Part shown: positions 54,666 to 63,881 of the stretch, piece after piece
Layout of the letters: each line of letters starts with the position of its first letter
Position numbering within the stretch: position 1 is the first letter of the stretch
Origin: an uncultured virus (IMG/VR IMGVR_UViG_3300024264_000022)
Taxonomy: Duplodnaviria > Heunggongvirae > Uroviricota > Caudoviricetes
Length of the DNA: 64,000 bases
Strand: one strand, 5' to 3'
IMG/VR virus record: IMGVR_UViG_3300024264_000022
Translations under genes and position numbers: made by a program
Notes under the pieces: generated by a model
Seen by the model: the letters and a program-made list of their open reading frames with translations, nothing else
Told to the model about the DNA's origin: nothing
Databases searched by the model: none

Positions 54666-55880
54666 TTATCCTTTCACCCAATCTTTAGCAATCGTAAAGT
54701 TTGCTCTACTAAATTCTAATCTGTCTACGAGTTTAACTACATTACCAATCTTATCTGTTGCAACATAACCTTCAGGTGATGTTACCTTAAAACCAGTATC
54801 GGTTCTTAAAAAGTGTCCGATAGATTGTATCTGTGCTATTTTTCGTACTATAATGTTTTTACAATTCTGTAATGTGATGTATGTTGCAATGGCGAAATAT
54901 AATGATTGTTTATTTCTTTGAATAAATTTTATATTATCTGCTTTTGCTTTAATGTAAGGTGCTTTACCTTTTTCTGTTTTTCTACTATCTATTTCTTTGT
55001 CAATGAAATTTGTATAGTATGGTTCAAAACCATCTACTAGTGATTTAACACTACCCATACCTTGTGTACCTCTAACGATACTATTGAAATATGTTTTAAT
55101 TTTCATACCTACGCCTAACTCGTCATTACTATCAAACTGATTTAACATAGGTCCTGCTTTTTGTAAACTACCTTGTGCCATTCTTAACTGAGCATTGAAT
55201 TGTGAAACTTCAGCACGATTGAAACTTGCACTACCACTAGTGTCTTTGTATTCTGCACTTGGTACCCATACACTACCACTTCTGATTCCTTTAACATAAC
55301 CAAAGTTAGCATTTAAGCTATCCATTTTGTCACCAACATATTGTGTATGAAACACTATGCCCATTCTAGCACGAGCAATCTTACGACCGACAGCACTATT
55401 AACAGGCATAGCATATGTTATAGTATTAGGAGTAAAGGTAATCATTGATTGTCCGTCAATGTTATTCACTTTCTTATCTTCATTAGTAAAGAGACAATCA
55501 CCTTGGACAATGCCTCTTATACCTAATTTTTTCAATTCTCTTAATGCAACTTCTAATTTTGCACCAACACCACCTGGGTGATTTCTTCTTATGTCTGCTG
55601 AAGTGTAATTGATTTTAGGAGTTTTATTGAATACAGATTTTGTACCGACAAAGAATTTGCCGTTTTCAGGATTAGTTCCACATACTATCGCAGGAGCGCC
55701 GTCCCACTTAACGGTTACATTTACTCTATTGCTAACATTACCTGTTAACATTTTCTGCAAAGATTGTAAGAACGCTATTGCGTTTCTACCGCCTTTGGCA
55801 CCGTTATTAATTATTTCGTCTTCTAAATGCTCAAGGTGTGTGTTCGTACCCGAGCTAGAATATCCTTTAAAACTAAACAT
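54666..55880 (-). CDS. DUF6267-like protein, RNA-ligase-type nucleotidyltransferase candidate
   Basis: NTHLEHLED, TVKWDGAP (KxDG), QGD, EGYV...VKLVDR.EFS; TATAAATA at 55951-55958. Confidence 0.65.
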   Translation of the reverse strand: MFSFKGYSSSGTNTHLEHLEDEIINNGAKGGRNAIAFLQSLQKMLTGNVSNRVNVTVKWDGAPAIVCGTNPENGKFFVGTKSVFNKTPKINYTSADIRRNHPGGVGAKLEVALRELKKLGIRGIVQGDCLFTNEDKKVNNIDGQSMITFTPNTITYAMPVNSAVGRKIARARMGIVFHTQYVGDKMDSLNANFGYVKGIRSGSVWVPSAEYKDTSGSASFNRAEVSQFNAQLRMAQGSLQKAGPMLNQFDSNDELGVGMKIKTYFNSIVRGTQGMGSVKSLVDGFEPYYTNFIDKEIDSRKTEKGKAPYIKAKADNIKFIQRNKQSLYFAIATYITLQNCKNIIVRKIAQIQSIGHFLRTDTGFKVTSPEGYVATDKIGNVVKLVDRLEFSRANFTIAKDWVKG

Positions 55881-55962
55881 TTTTGTCCTTCATTTTTTCC
55901 ATATACAAATAAACTATCCATTAATATAAGTCTTCACTTCGTTGTGCTACTATTTATAAGTC

Positions 55963-57381
55963 TTATGACACCTTAACAAAGAAAGAAGATAAATCAGTAC
56001 TGGAAGCTGCGTATTTTATAATATCCGTACATACTTTATTTCTTTGTGTTGATGTTGCACTCATCATAGTATCTAAAAATAGTAGACACATATTCTTACT
56101 GAATATAAAACTACCACCTTTATCTAAACATTGTTTGATAAACGGTTTAACATCTACTGGATTCTTCGCATACTTCTTATATAGGACATACATATCATTT
56201 AACTTGACTTGACTACTTGGTGTTTCTTTCCAACCAGATAATAAGCCTTGTGAACCTATAGATTTTCGTATGTGTTTCTCACAATAGAAATTTAAATTAC
56301 CACCACCGATTTTACCACCGGCAGCACTCAATCCTTTTATCTCTCCTTGCCAAGATGAAGAAGAGTTAAATGCTCTAAACTGAACATTCGCACTACCCAT
56401 ATTCATATACATATCAATTGACGAAAAGAAATCGTTATTTTTTCCAAATACATAATTCTTATAATCGTGTGATACTAACTTCACTCTTTCAGGAGCATTG
56501 TACTCTTCTAACTTAACGGTACTACCTAATTTCTTTAGAGAGATACCTAGTAAGAAAGTTCTAGGAGTATTTAATCTACCTGCTTTGTCTAATACTGCTT
56601 GATTTAGTATTCCCCAATCTTGCTTAAACATTGCAAGAGGATCCGAACCTGGTGTCATTGTAGTCATCCATATATCACCTGGATTCCATTTATCATCTGA
56701 AAAACTACCTGGTGCTAATGGTGCTCTACCATCTTTCTGTGCCATTTGTTTATCTATTTTTATTACTTCTTTTTTAGCTGCATATACTTTACCCATAAAA
56801 GTACTGCCTCTATGAAAGTAAACACCACCTGTAACCTTTGATGAATACTTTTTATAAATTTCGTTTGCTGTTTTTATAAATGTACCACTTTCAATCCAAT
56901 CTGATGGTACTCTATCTTTAAATGCTGTATAAGCAACGGTAGCCTGTACATAACGAGAAGCCTTTTCCATATTGGCGTCTGTAATGTCTGATAACTTTAT
57001 TGGACCTTTTTTAACATTAAATGCTAATGAACAATAATAACATTGTCCACTTTCAGTAATTGCGGTCACAGCTGCACCACCACCTGAACCACCTCCACCA
57101 CCAAATAGTGGTGACTTATAAATTTGTGTAAGAGATATTTCTTCTATCTTACTTCCTGTAGAAGATTTGACTTGAATAACACAAGGCCAAGAATTAGGTT
57201 TTGATACAATTGCGATACCTTCTAGTTTACGACCACTAGATGTAGCACCTTCAACAAATCTTTCTTTTGCGTTAATCATTAATTGTACAATTTCAAAACG
57301 AGACTTACCAGCATACTTACCATTCTTGGCTTCATATGGTTTATTGTCTCTTATAAAATCGTTCTTCTTAAAAACTGCCAT
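55963..57381 (-). CDS. Hypothetical protein with a restriction-endonuclease-like motif
   Basis: Gly linker, then TESG...KWNPGDIW...GISLKK; promoter TTGACA-17-TAGTAT at 57438-57410. Confidence 0.55.
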   Translation of the reverse strand: MAVFKKNDFIRDNKPYEAKNGKYAGKSRFEIVQLMINAKERFVEGATSSGRKLEGIAIVSKPNSWPCVIQVKSSTGSKIEEISLTQIYKSPLFGGGGGSGGGAAVTAITESGQCYYCSLAFNVKKGPIKLSDITDANMEKASRYVQATVAYTAFKDRVPSDWIESGTFIKTANEIYKKYSSKVTGGVYFHRGSTFMGKVYAAKKEVIKIDKQMAQKDGRAPLAPGSFSDDKWNPGDIWMTTMTPGSDPLAMFKQDWGILNQAVLDKAGRLNTPRTFLLGISLKKLGSTVKLEEYNAPERVKLVSHDYKNYVFGKNNDFFSSIDMYMNMGSANVQFRAFNSSSSWQGEIKGLSAAGGKIGGGNLNFYCEKHIRKSIGSQGLLSGWKETPSSQVKLNDMYVLYKKYAKNPVDVKPFIKQCLDKGGSFIFSKNMCLLFLDTMMSATSTQRNKVCTDIIKYAASSTDLSSFFVKVS

Positions 57382-57440
57382 TGTTAATTCTCCATTTGTA
57401 TTCTCTCTTATACTACTACATATTTATTGATTTGTCAAGC

Positions 57441-57517
57441 TGGCGACCTCGGCAGGACTTGAACCTGCAACATCCAGTTTAGAAGACTGGTGCTCTATCC
57501 AGTTGAGCTACGAGGCC
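57441..57517 (-). tRNA. tRNA-Arg(TCT)
   Basis: GGCCTCG/CGAGGTC acceptor stem, CCAGT-CTTCTAA-ACTGG anticodon arm, TTCAAGT T-loop, encoded CCA. Confidence 0.95.
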
Positions 57518-57528
57518 ATACTCCAGAT

Positions 57529-57613
57529 TGGTGCCACCGACCGGACTTGAACCGGTAAGGATTACTCCGACGGATTTTAAGTCCGTTGTGTTTACCAATT
57601 TCACCACGGTGGC
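57529..57613 (-). tRNA. tRNA-Leu(TAA)
   Basis: GCCACCG/CGGTGGC acceptor stem, ACGGA-CTTAAAA-TCCGT arm, long variable arm, encoded CCA. Confidence 0.95.
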
Positions 57614-57621
57614 GAAACTGA

Positions 57622-57903
57622 TTAAGCGGCTATTGTTTGTTGTGCGATAACCATATCAACTGCCTTTTCCCATAGTTTACTTGCACCGTCATAAGTGTCA
57701 AAACCTTCTTCATCTGCAAAGTCCATAGTTGAAGAAGACATAACACCGTCAATAGGCATTGTATGATTAGTAATGATTTTAGCGATAGTCTCTACTTTCG
57801 CTGTGTTGTAGATAAGACCTTGTTCAGTAGTTATTTCAAGTTCACCATTGTTAGCAGACAAGAAATTGATTGGGTCGTTTGAGTTAGTGTTTGGAAAATT
57901 CAT
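57622..57903 (-). CDS. Hypothetical early protein
   Basis: GAAGGA SD before ATG 57903; SSTMDFADE.GF motif. Confidence 0.6.
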   Translation of the reverse strand: MNFPNTNSNDPINFLSANNGELEITTEQGLIYNTAKVETIAKIITNHTMPIDGVMSSSTMDFADEEGFDTYDGASKLWEKAVDMVIAQQTIAA

Positions 57904-57937
57904 AGTATATCCTTCTTTCATCATTGATTATGTATAT

Positions 57938-57979
57938 ACTATAACACACGCATAGCGTAGTGTCAAGCAAAAAACGAGC
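57938..57979 (-). promoter_or_regulatory. Early promoter with extended upstream motif; probably also drives the tRNAs
   Basis: GCTCGTTTTTTGCTTGACA-17 bp-TATAGT. Confidence 0.75.
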
Positions 57980-58000
57980 AAAAAGTAAAAAAAAATGAAT

Positions 58001-58264
58001 TTATTTTGGTTGCATTTCACAAAGAAAATGAGGTATGCCTCCGTTAACTTCCCATACTCTTTCTTTATTCTGAAATCTAACTAGTGACCTAGCATCCTTT
58101 TCAAAAAAGAAGTCTTTGACAATAACATTAGTAGGTTTTTCTATTACTCTCCAGTAAATCTTACCTCTCTTCTTAACCATTGTCTTCGTATAGTGTAGTT
58201 TCTCGCCAGGCTCTAGCAGTCTACTTTGTTTTTGCTTCATTGGTTTTGTGTTTTTTCTAGGCAT
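58001..58264 (-). CDS. Hypothetical protein
   Basis: Likely ATG at 58264; W.V.E..T......F.FE.DA...G.P.F. Confidence 0.55.
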   Translation of the reverse strand: MPRKNTKPMKQKQSRLLEPGEKLHYTKTMVKKRGKIYWRVIEKPTNVIVKDFFFEKDARSLVRFQNKERVWEVNGGIPHFLCEMQPK

Positions 58265-58268
58265 AAGT

Positions 58269-59633
58269 TTATACTTTAAAATCTGAAAATTTGTCGTAAG
58301 GGTCTTCAGCAAATTCTTTCTCCTGATTAGCGTCTACAATGTTTTGTGCTTTTTGCTCTACATCATACAATCTCATCTTACTTCTATCAACGCCAATAAT
58401 AAAACTACGATTGATTGAGGGATCGCTATACCTGTTCTTCAATTGTTTTACTTTCATTTGATTAAGACTATCTAACTCTTCGTTAGTCATCAAAGCAAAC
58501 ATAAAGTCAGCAGTAGCAGGTAGACCAAAACTTTCAGAAGTATCTTCTAATCCAATATCAGTAGATACAAAACCACTTCTTGTTGTTTGTGTAGCAGTAA
58601 ATATAGGTAATTTAAATTCTACTGCAAGACCTCTTAACTCTTCTGCAATTGCTTTGATATAGAAATAAGATGATATGTTACCACCTTTAAATCTACTTGA
58701 AGCACATATGTTAAGATAATCTATGAATACAACATCAGGTTTAAAACTTTTCTTTAATGCAAGTTCATTTAATAATCCTTTAAAGTGTCCACTATGAGCA
58801 GACGCTGTTGGATATTCTTTGACGATTAATGTACCAGGACTTTTTGCTTTTAACTTTTTAATTCTGTCATCAAACATATCTTTAGGTAAAGCGTGTAAGT
58901 CATCTGTGGTTACATCTAATAAATTACTATCAATTCTTTCTGCGATTCTTTCTTCTGCCATCTCCATTGTAATGTATAAAACATTCTTACCTTCAAGTAA
59001 TGAAGTAGCAGCGAGGTGACACATAAACAAAGATTTACCTACACCGGTACCGGCAAGACATACATTCAATGTCTTCTGTGGCACACCGCCTTTAGTTATT
59101 CTATTGAAATATTGTAAATCAAAAGGAAGTCTTAATTCTTTCCTGTGGTAATAATCATATCTATCATCTGCATCCCCAATGTAATCGTGCCCAATGTGAT
59201 TATCAAAAGACACAGCAAGAGCTTCAGATAAAATTGAAGGAATGGCTTCTGCATTTCTTTCCTTGTCTTTTCCATCCAAGATTTTAATGCCGTTAAGTAC
59301 TGCATTGTTTACCGCCTTGTCTTTACAGAATTTCTCCGTAGTGTCAAACAACCATTGTATATCACTCTCTTGTGGAGTTAATCCGTTTATTGTTGTTTTA
59401 ATAGCTTTAAACTCTTCCTCGTTAATATCTTTACGATTGTTTAATTCTATAATCAAGGTCTCTTTTGTAGGAAGATTATTATATTTAGTTATGAAATCAT
59501 AGATTGAAAGAAATAAAATTTTATCACTTCTTGTTCCAAAGTACTCATCTTTTAAAAACGGCAATACCTTTCTAGTATATTCTTCATTGAATATTAAGTT
59601 TGTCAGTATTGTGTCTTCAAGTCTATTTGTCAT
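58269..59633 (-). CDS. gp41: Replicative DNA helicase
   Basis: AGTGVGKS, ITMEM, IDYLNI, SESFGLPATAD, KQLKNRY. Confidence 0.96.
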   Translation of the reverse strand: MTNRLEDTILTNLIFNEEYTRKVLPFLKDEYFGTRSDKILFLSIYDFITKYNNLPTKETLIIELNNRKDINEEEFKAIKTTINGLTPQESDIQWLFDTTEKFCKDKAVNNAVLNGIKILDGKDKERNAEAIPSILSEALAVSFDNHIGHDYIGDADDRYDYYHRKELRLPFDLQYFNRITKGGVPQKTLNVCLAGTGVGKSLFMCHLAATSLLEGKNVLYITMEMAEERIAERIDSNLLDVTTDDLHALPKDMFDDRIKKLKAKSPGTLIVKEYPTASAHSGHFKGLLNELALKKSFKPDVVFIDYLNICASSRFKGGNISSYFYIKAIAEELRGLAVEFKLPIFTATQTTRSGFVSTDIGLEDTSESFGLPATADFMFALMTNEELDSLNQMKVKQLKNRYSDPSINRSFIIGVDRSKMRLYDVEQKAQNIVDANQEKEFAEDPYDKFSDFKV

Positions 59634-59940
59634 CAAGGATTGTTCCATCATTTATTCTCTCATCTAAAAGTTCAATTAATATATCACCAATATACACTAA
59701 AAATGCTTCTTTGTCAATATCCAAGTCTAGTTCTTCTGGTTTCTTTAATAGAGTCCATTCAAACTGCAAAGGCAATTTACCATCTGCGTTTTCTTCTTGT
59801 GCAAATTGTACCTTGCCGTACTTGTATATAACATCTTTGTACTTACCTTCAACAATTTTTATACAACTAAAATCGTCTCCTGGTCTTTGTGCAAAGGTGT
59901 ATCTTTTATCCGTAGAGGAATTTTCTTTTTGTTGCTTCAT
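59623..59940 (-). CDS. Small protein between uvsX and gp41 (gp40 position)
   Basis: G.Y..V.Y.YG.V...L.F...IGDIL..L; synteny. Confidence 0.55.
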   Translation of the reverse strand: MKQQKENSSTDKRYTFAQRPGDDFSCIKIVEGKYKDVIYKYGKVQFAQEENADGKLPLQFEWTLLKKPEELDLDIDKEAFLVYIGDILIELLDERINDGTILDDK

Positions 59941-60919
59941 CTATCTTCTCTAATACTTCTTTTGTAAAGTACTCTTCTGGATTGTCAATGATTGTTTTAC
60001 CAAACACTTTCTTACCATCAGGTGTTTCAATTCTAGTAGATACTTTTTTGAAAATCTCAGCTTCAACAGCAATATCTAATAGTCCATAGTACTTGTCTAA
60101 ACCTTTTGTATAAGTTAACAATACATCAATTATAGAATTTTCTTTTGTTAACCTTGACTTGTAGTTTTTACAATGAATAATATTACCGACAACTTCTGTG
60201 CCGTCTTTTACTTTTCTCTTTGATAGATAAACAATATTACTAGCGGCGTATTTCAATCCTGAACCACCACCCATTTCTTTTTGAGGAAACATAGAACCAA
60301 TAACATCATATGTGTGATTGGTCATAATCATAGGAACATTTGCTTTACCAAGTTTTAATGTTAAAACTCTAAATGTAGATTTGACAATTTGTGACCTTGT
60401 CATATCTCTTGTTTCTTTACCGTCAGCAGTATCTTCCATTTCTTTTGTAGTAGATAACATACCTAAACTATCTAATACAAACATAATAGGTTTTCTAGTA
60501 CTCTCTGGTTGTTCTAGGTACTTGTCTACTACTTTGATTGCTTGTGCTCTAAATTCTTGTACGGTTGCAACTGGTACAACGACAAATCTTTTACTATCAA
60601 TGCCTCTATCTTCAATCATATTTTTAGATACGGCACTTTCACTTTCAAAGTAAATAACACCTGCGTCTTTGTCTGCTTCTAAAAAATGTTTACAGATACC
60701 TAATGCAAAGAAAGTTTTTCCTGTTGCAGCTTCGCCAGCGATTGCTGTAATCTTATTACCTGGCATACCACCATAGATACTGCCTGATAGTAAGGCGTTT
60801 AATGAATAACAACCTGTATCAACAAAATTTGATACATCACCAGCATCCACACCTTCACTTGCAAGTGTGGCATATTCATTGCCAGTTTCTTTTATTATGT
60901 CTTTTAAAAAATCACTCAT
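59906..60919 (-). CDS. uvsX: RecA-like recombinase
   Basis: [30 protein letters not shown]; promoter TTGACA-17-TACAAT at 60972-60944. Confidence 0.95.
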   Translation of the reverse strand: MSDFLKDIIKETGNEYATLASEGVDAGDVSNFVDTGCYSLNALLSGSIYGGMPGNKITAIAGEAATGKTFFALGICKHFLEADKDAGVIYFESESAVSKNMIEDRGIDSKRFVVVPVATVQEFRAQAIKVVDKYLEQPESTRKPIMFVLDSLGMLSTTKEMEDTADGKETRDMTRSQIVKSTFRVLTLKLGKANVPMIMTNHTYDVIGSMFPQKEMGGGSGLKYAASNIVYLSKRKVKDGTEVVGNIIHCKNYKSRLTKENSIIDVLLTYTKGLDKYYGLLDIAVEAEIFKKVSTRIETPDGKKVFGKTIIDNPEEYFTKEVLEKIDEATKRKFLYG

Positions 60920-60961
60920 AGATTACTCCATTCAATTGTCTACATTGTATACTAATATAGC

Positions 60962-61279
60962 TTATTTGTCAACAGCCTGTACTCTTTTTGCTTTGAGAAT
61001 AACTTTACGACCAGGCTTGTATACTTCATTTTCTAATCGCAAGTTCTCATCTTCTGGAACCCAATCTTTCGGTGGGTCTTCATATTCTTCTGATGGTATC
61101 TTATTCCACAAGTTTGTTCTAAACTCGTCTAGTGATACTGCACCTTCTGAATTAAATACTCTTCCTTCAAAGTTACCTACCATTTGGAACACTTGTTCTT
61201 TATTATATGCAACTTTTCTTTGATAATCCCAATATGGTTTTAAATCTTTGTAATCTTCTTCTTTTATCATAGTTATCAT
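60962..61279 (-). CDS. Hypothetical protein
   Basis: ORF coupled to the MTase stop. Confidence 0.55.
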   Translation of the reverse strand: MITMIKEEDYKDLKPYWDYQRKVAYNKEQVFQMVGNFEGRVFNSEGAVSLDEFRTNLWNKIPSEEYEDPPKDWVPEDENLRLENEVYKPGRKVILKAKRVQAVDK

Positions 61280-62508
61280 AAAAAGTTTTCTAATGTACCT
61301 TTTCTACTACCACTAAAGAAATCATAATCTTTAGGACCGAAACACCAAACATTCTCAATATATTTCATTGCCATAAATTCGTTCAGTTCTTCTTTAGTTT
61401 TAAACTTTGCATTACCTTGAGGTCGTTGCATAATAACCATACCGATTTGACCTAAAAACTTTTCTCTATGACTATTTATTAATTCATCACTTGACCTGTA
61501 TCTAACATTCTTAATCTTTGGATCCATAATGTTGACTAACATAAACTTTGATTTCTTCATAGTCTTTTCTGCAACAGGTAAATAGAAATCATCACGCCAC
61601 TTCTCGTACTCGTTGAATTTAAACCACGATTGATTTTCTTCTTTCTCACCACCTTTATTATATTGTTCAGTACTAAAGTATGGTGGACTTGTAAAGGCAC
61701 AATCTATATCTGGTAATTCATCATAAGGTAAATCTTCTGCACCACAATTATATATCTTAACTTTTTTATTAGGAAAGAATTTGCTATACTCTTCAATCTG
61801 TTTCATATATTGTTTATATGTGTTAGGGTTTGGGTCGCAACCATAATACTCTTCTGCATTACTACTAAAGAAACCTGCAAGTCTATCGCCCCAACCACAA
61901 GAAGTATCTAGTACCGTTCTTGCCTTTGTCATATCATATAAAGTTTTTGCAACAACAGGTTTAAATTGTGTTGCAATATATGTACCTAATCTAAAGGCAC
62001 TCATATATGTACCTTCTTTTAAATGTCGTTCACTATTAATACCACGCCAGATAGGACCTAGACAACGCCATATATCTTTAGGTGTGCCATTCTCCCATAC
62101 ATCAATAGGTGCTCTAAAACCATAACTACTACAATTCAATCTTAAATGTTGATGAAAATAATTAGATGATACATTGTAAGTTGATGGAGCGTCAATCAAA
62201 CCTAAACCATATCTTTTAAAGTCATATTCATAGTCATCATATTTTTCAAATACTTTTTTCTCAACTTGTTCTACTGGTTTACATATCTTTGAAGTGTCAA
62301 ACTTTGATAGACCAATAATACTTTGTCTCATATCTTCATATGATATTTGTTTCAAAGGAAACTTTGGTCTTTCAGTAGCAATGTATTCTGAAAGTAATTC
62401 TCTAAATCGTTCTTTACCTAGTTCTTCTGTCCATCTATCAAACTGGATAGTGTCCATAATAGGCAAACCATTTTCATCAGCGTATTGTTTAAGGTCTAGT
62501 ATATTCAT
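61276..62508 (-). CDS. DNA amino-methyltransferase (SPPY type)
   Basis: VLDTSCGWGDRL..Y.G.DPN (SAM binding) and FTSPPYF; promoter TTGACA-17-TATACT at 62590-62562. Confidence 0.8.
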   Translation of the reverse strand: MNILDLKQYADENGLPIMDTIQFDRWTEELGKERFRELLSEYIATERPKFPLKQISYEDMRQSIIGLSKFDTSKICKPVEQVEKKVFEKYDDYEYDFKRYGLGLIDAPSTYNVSSNYFHQHLRLNCSSYGFRAPIDVWENGTPKDIWRCLGPIWRGINSERHLKEGTYMSAFRLGTYIATQFKPVVAKTLYDMTKARTVLDTSCGWGDRLAGFFSSNAEEYYGCDPNPNTYKQYMKQIEEYSKFFPNKKVKIYNCGAEDLPYDELPDIDCAFTSPPYFSTEQYNKGGEKEENQSWFKFNEYEKWRDDFYLPVAEKTMKKSKFMLVNIMDPKIKNVRYRSSDELINSHREKFLGQIGMVIMQRPQGNAKFKTKEELNEFMAMKYIENVWCFGPKDYDFFSGSRKGTLENFL

Positions 62509-62594
62509 TGTTCCACATTATTAAAATTAAAATTATTGGTAAATAAACGATTAATACAAAGAGTATACTATAAAAAAACTGCATTGTCAAGCAC

Positions 62595-63293
62595 CTATTC
62601 AAATCTTTCTAATGGACCTTTACTAATAAAGGTTTTATCTTTTAACTGATTTTGTGTTGATTTTTTAACATCTGTAATTAGTTTTAATATTGTTTTATTA
62701 TTAATTTCAGTATTACGATTTAGTCTTTCTCTAAAGTCTGAAAATTCTAAATTAAAATAATCTTTTAGAAAGTCTTTACCTAATACAACATTTGCACCAA
62801 GTCTTTCCCACACTTTTATATTACCGGCACCTTGTGGTTCAAATAAGGTAACCACTATATTATCTATTTTAAAATCACTAAATTTTGATTGTAGTTCTTC
62901 ACATATTTTTCTGTTACCATCAATATCATTTGGTATACCTTTACCACTAGTTCTATCTGCTCTTATTTTAATTTCAGCATTAGTGATAATTTTATCATTT
63001 GCATTGTAGATAATAATATCTGGTAGTTTACCAGCAATCATTTTCTTATCTTTGTTTATCCAAATGCCTTCATCTTTACCTTTAAACTCATAATAATTAC
63101 AACATTGAACATCACTACGATTATCTAATATAAAATCTCTTAATTCTTTTTCTATATTAGTACCATATGCTACCTGTGTACTAGATAAGATATGAAAGAA
63201 TTTTGTTAGTGGTAAGTTATTTGTTAAGAAATATATAGGACTACTAGTAAAGTATTCCTCGTTTTTATCTAAATTTTTTGTTTCAATTATCAT
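62595..63293 (-). CDS. Putative PD-(D/E)XK restriction-type endonuclease
   Basis: GT..EK...LPDIII...AEIK; very AT-rich; lies between MTase genes. Confidence 0.55.
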   Translation of the reverse strand: MIIETKNLDKNEEYFTSSPIYFLTNNLPLTKFFHILSSTQVAYGTNIEKELRDFILDNRSDVQCCNYYEFKGKDEGIWINKDKKMIAGKLPDIIIYNANDKIITNAEIKIRADRTSGKGIPNDIDGNRKICEELQSKFSDFKIDNIVVTLFEPQGAGNIKVWERLGANVVLGKDFLKDYFNLEFSDFRERLNRNTEINNKTILKLITDVKKSTQNQLKDKTFISKGPLERFE

Positions 63294-63299
63294 ACTTCG

Positions 63300-63881
63300 T
63301 CAAGCACCCATACCTGGCCAACCTTCACTTAATCCAAGGTCTTCCCATTTAGTATTACTCTCTTGTACATTTAGGTAAGGATAGTTACCATTCAGTAATT
63401 TATATTCGTCTACATAACTCTTTTCAATCGTATGATAATCTACACTAATGTAATGCTGTTGATAGTCGCCATTCATCTTCTGAATTTCAACTCTAACTTG
63501 TGGTAGATTATAGTAATAAACTTCTATTGTTTTACCTGCTTTGACTTGTTGATTGATATAGTTCCATACTGCATAAGTTCTTTTAGAATTACCTTCTCTA
63601 AAACCACCTAGATAAGCATTGATTGTACCTTCAATACCACCTTTAGTTTGACTACCACCAATCTTAACTATTGTATCATCACAAGTAATAATGTATATTT
63701 TGCCACAAGAATTTTGTCGTTCTTGTTTTGATACTGCAAACTTAACTTTCAATGCTACTTCTGGTAGATGTACATAACCTGGGTCTTTATATATCTGTCC
63801 TAAACATAACCAGTTGTCTAGTTTTAATTGTTGAATTTTGTTTTTCTTTTTATATCCTAATTGTTCAGCTAAAGCATTCAT
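63300..63881 (-). CDS. GIY-YIG nuclease, restriction-enzyme-like
   Basis: GKIYII...IVKIGGS...IEK......YP.LN; ATGA overlap with the upstream MTase. Confidence 0.65.
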   Translation of the reverse strand: MNALAEQLGYKKKNKIQQLKLDNWLCLGQIYKDPGYVHLPEVALKVKFAVSKQERQNSCGKIYIITCDDTIVKIGGSQTKGGIEGTINAYLGGFREGNSKRTYAVWNYINQQVKAGKTIEVYYYNLPQVRVEIQKMNGDYQQHYISVDYHTIEKSYVDEYKLLNGNYPYLNVQESNTKWEDLGLSEGWPGMGA

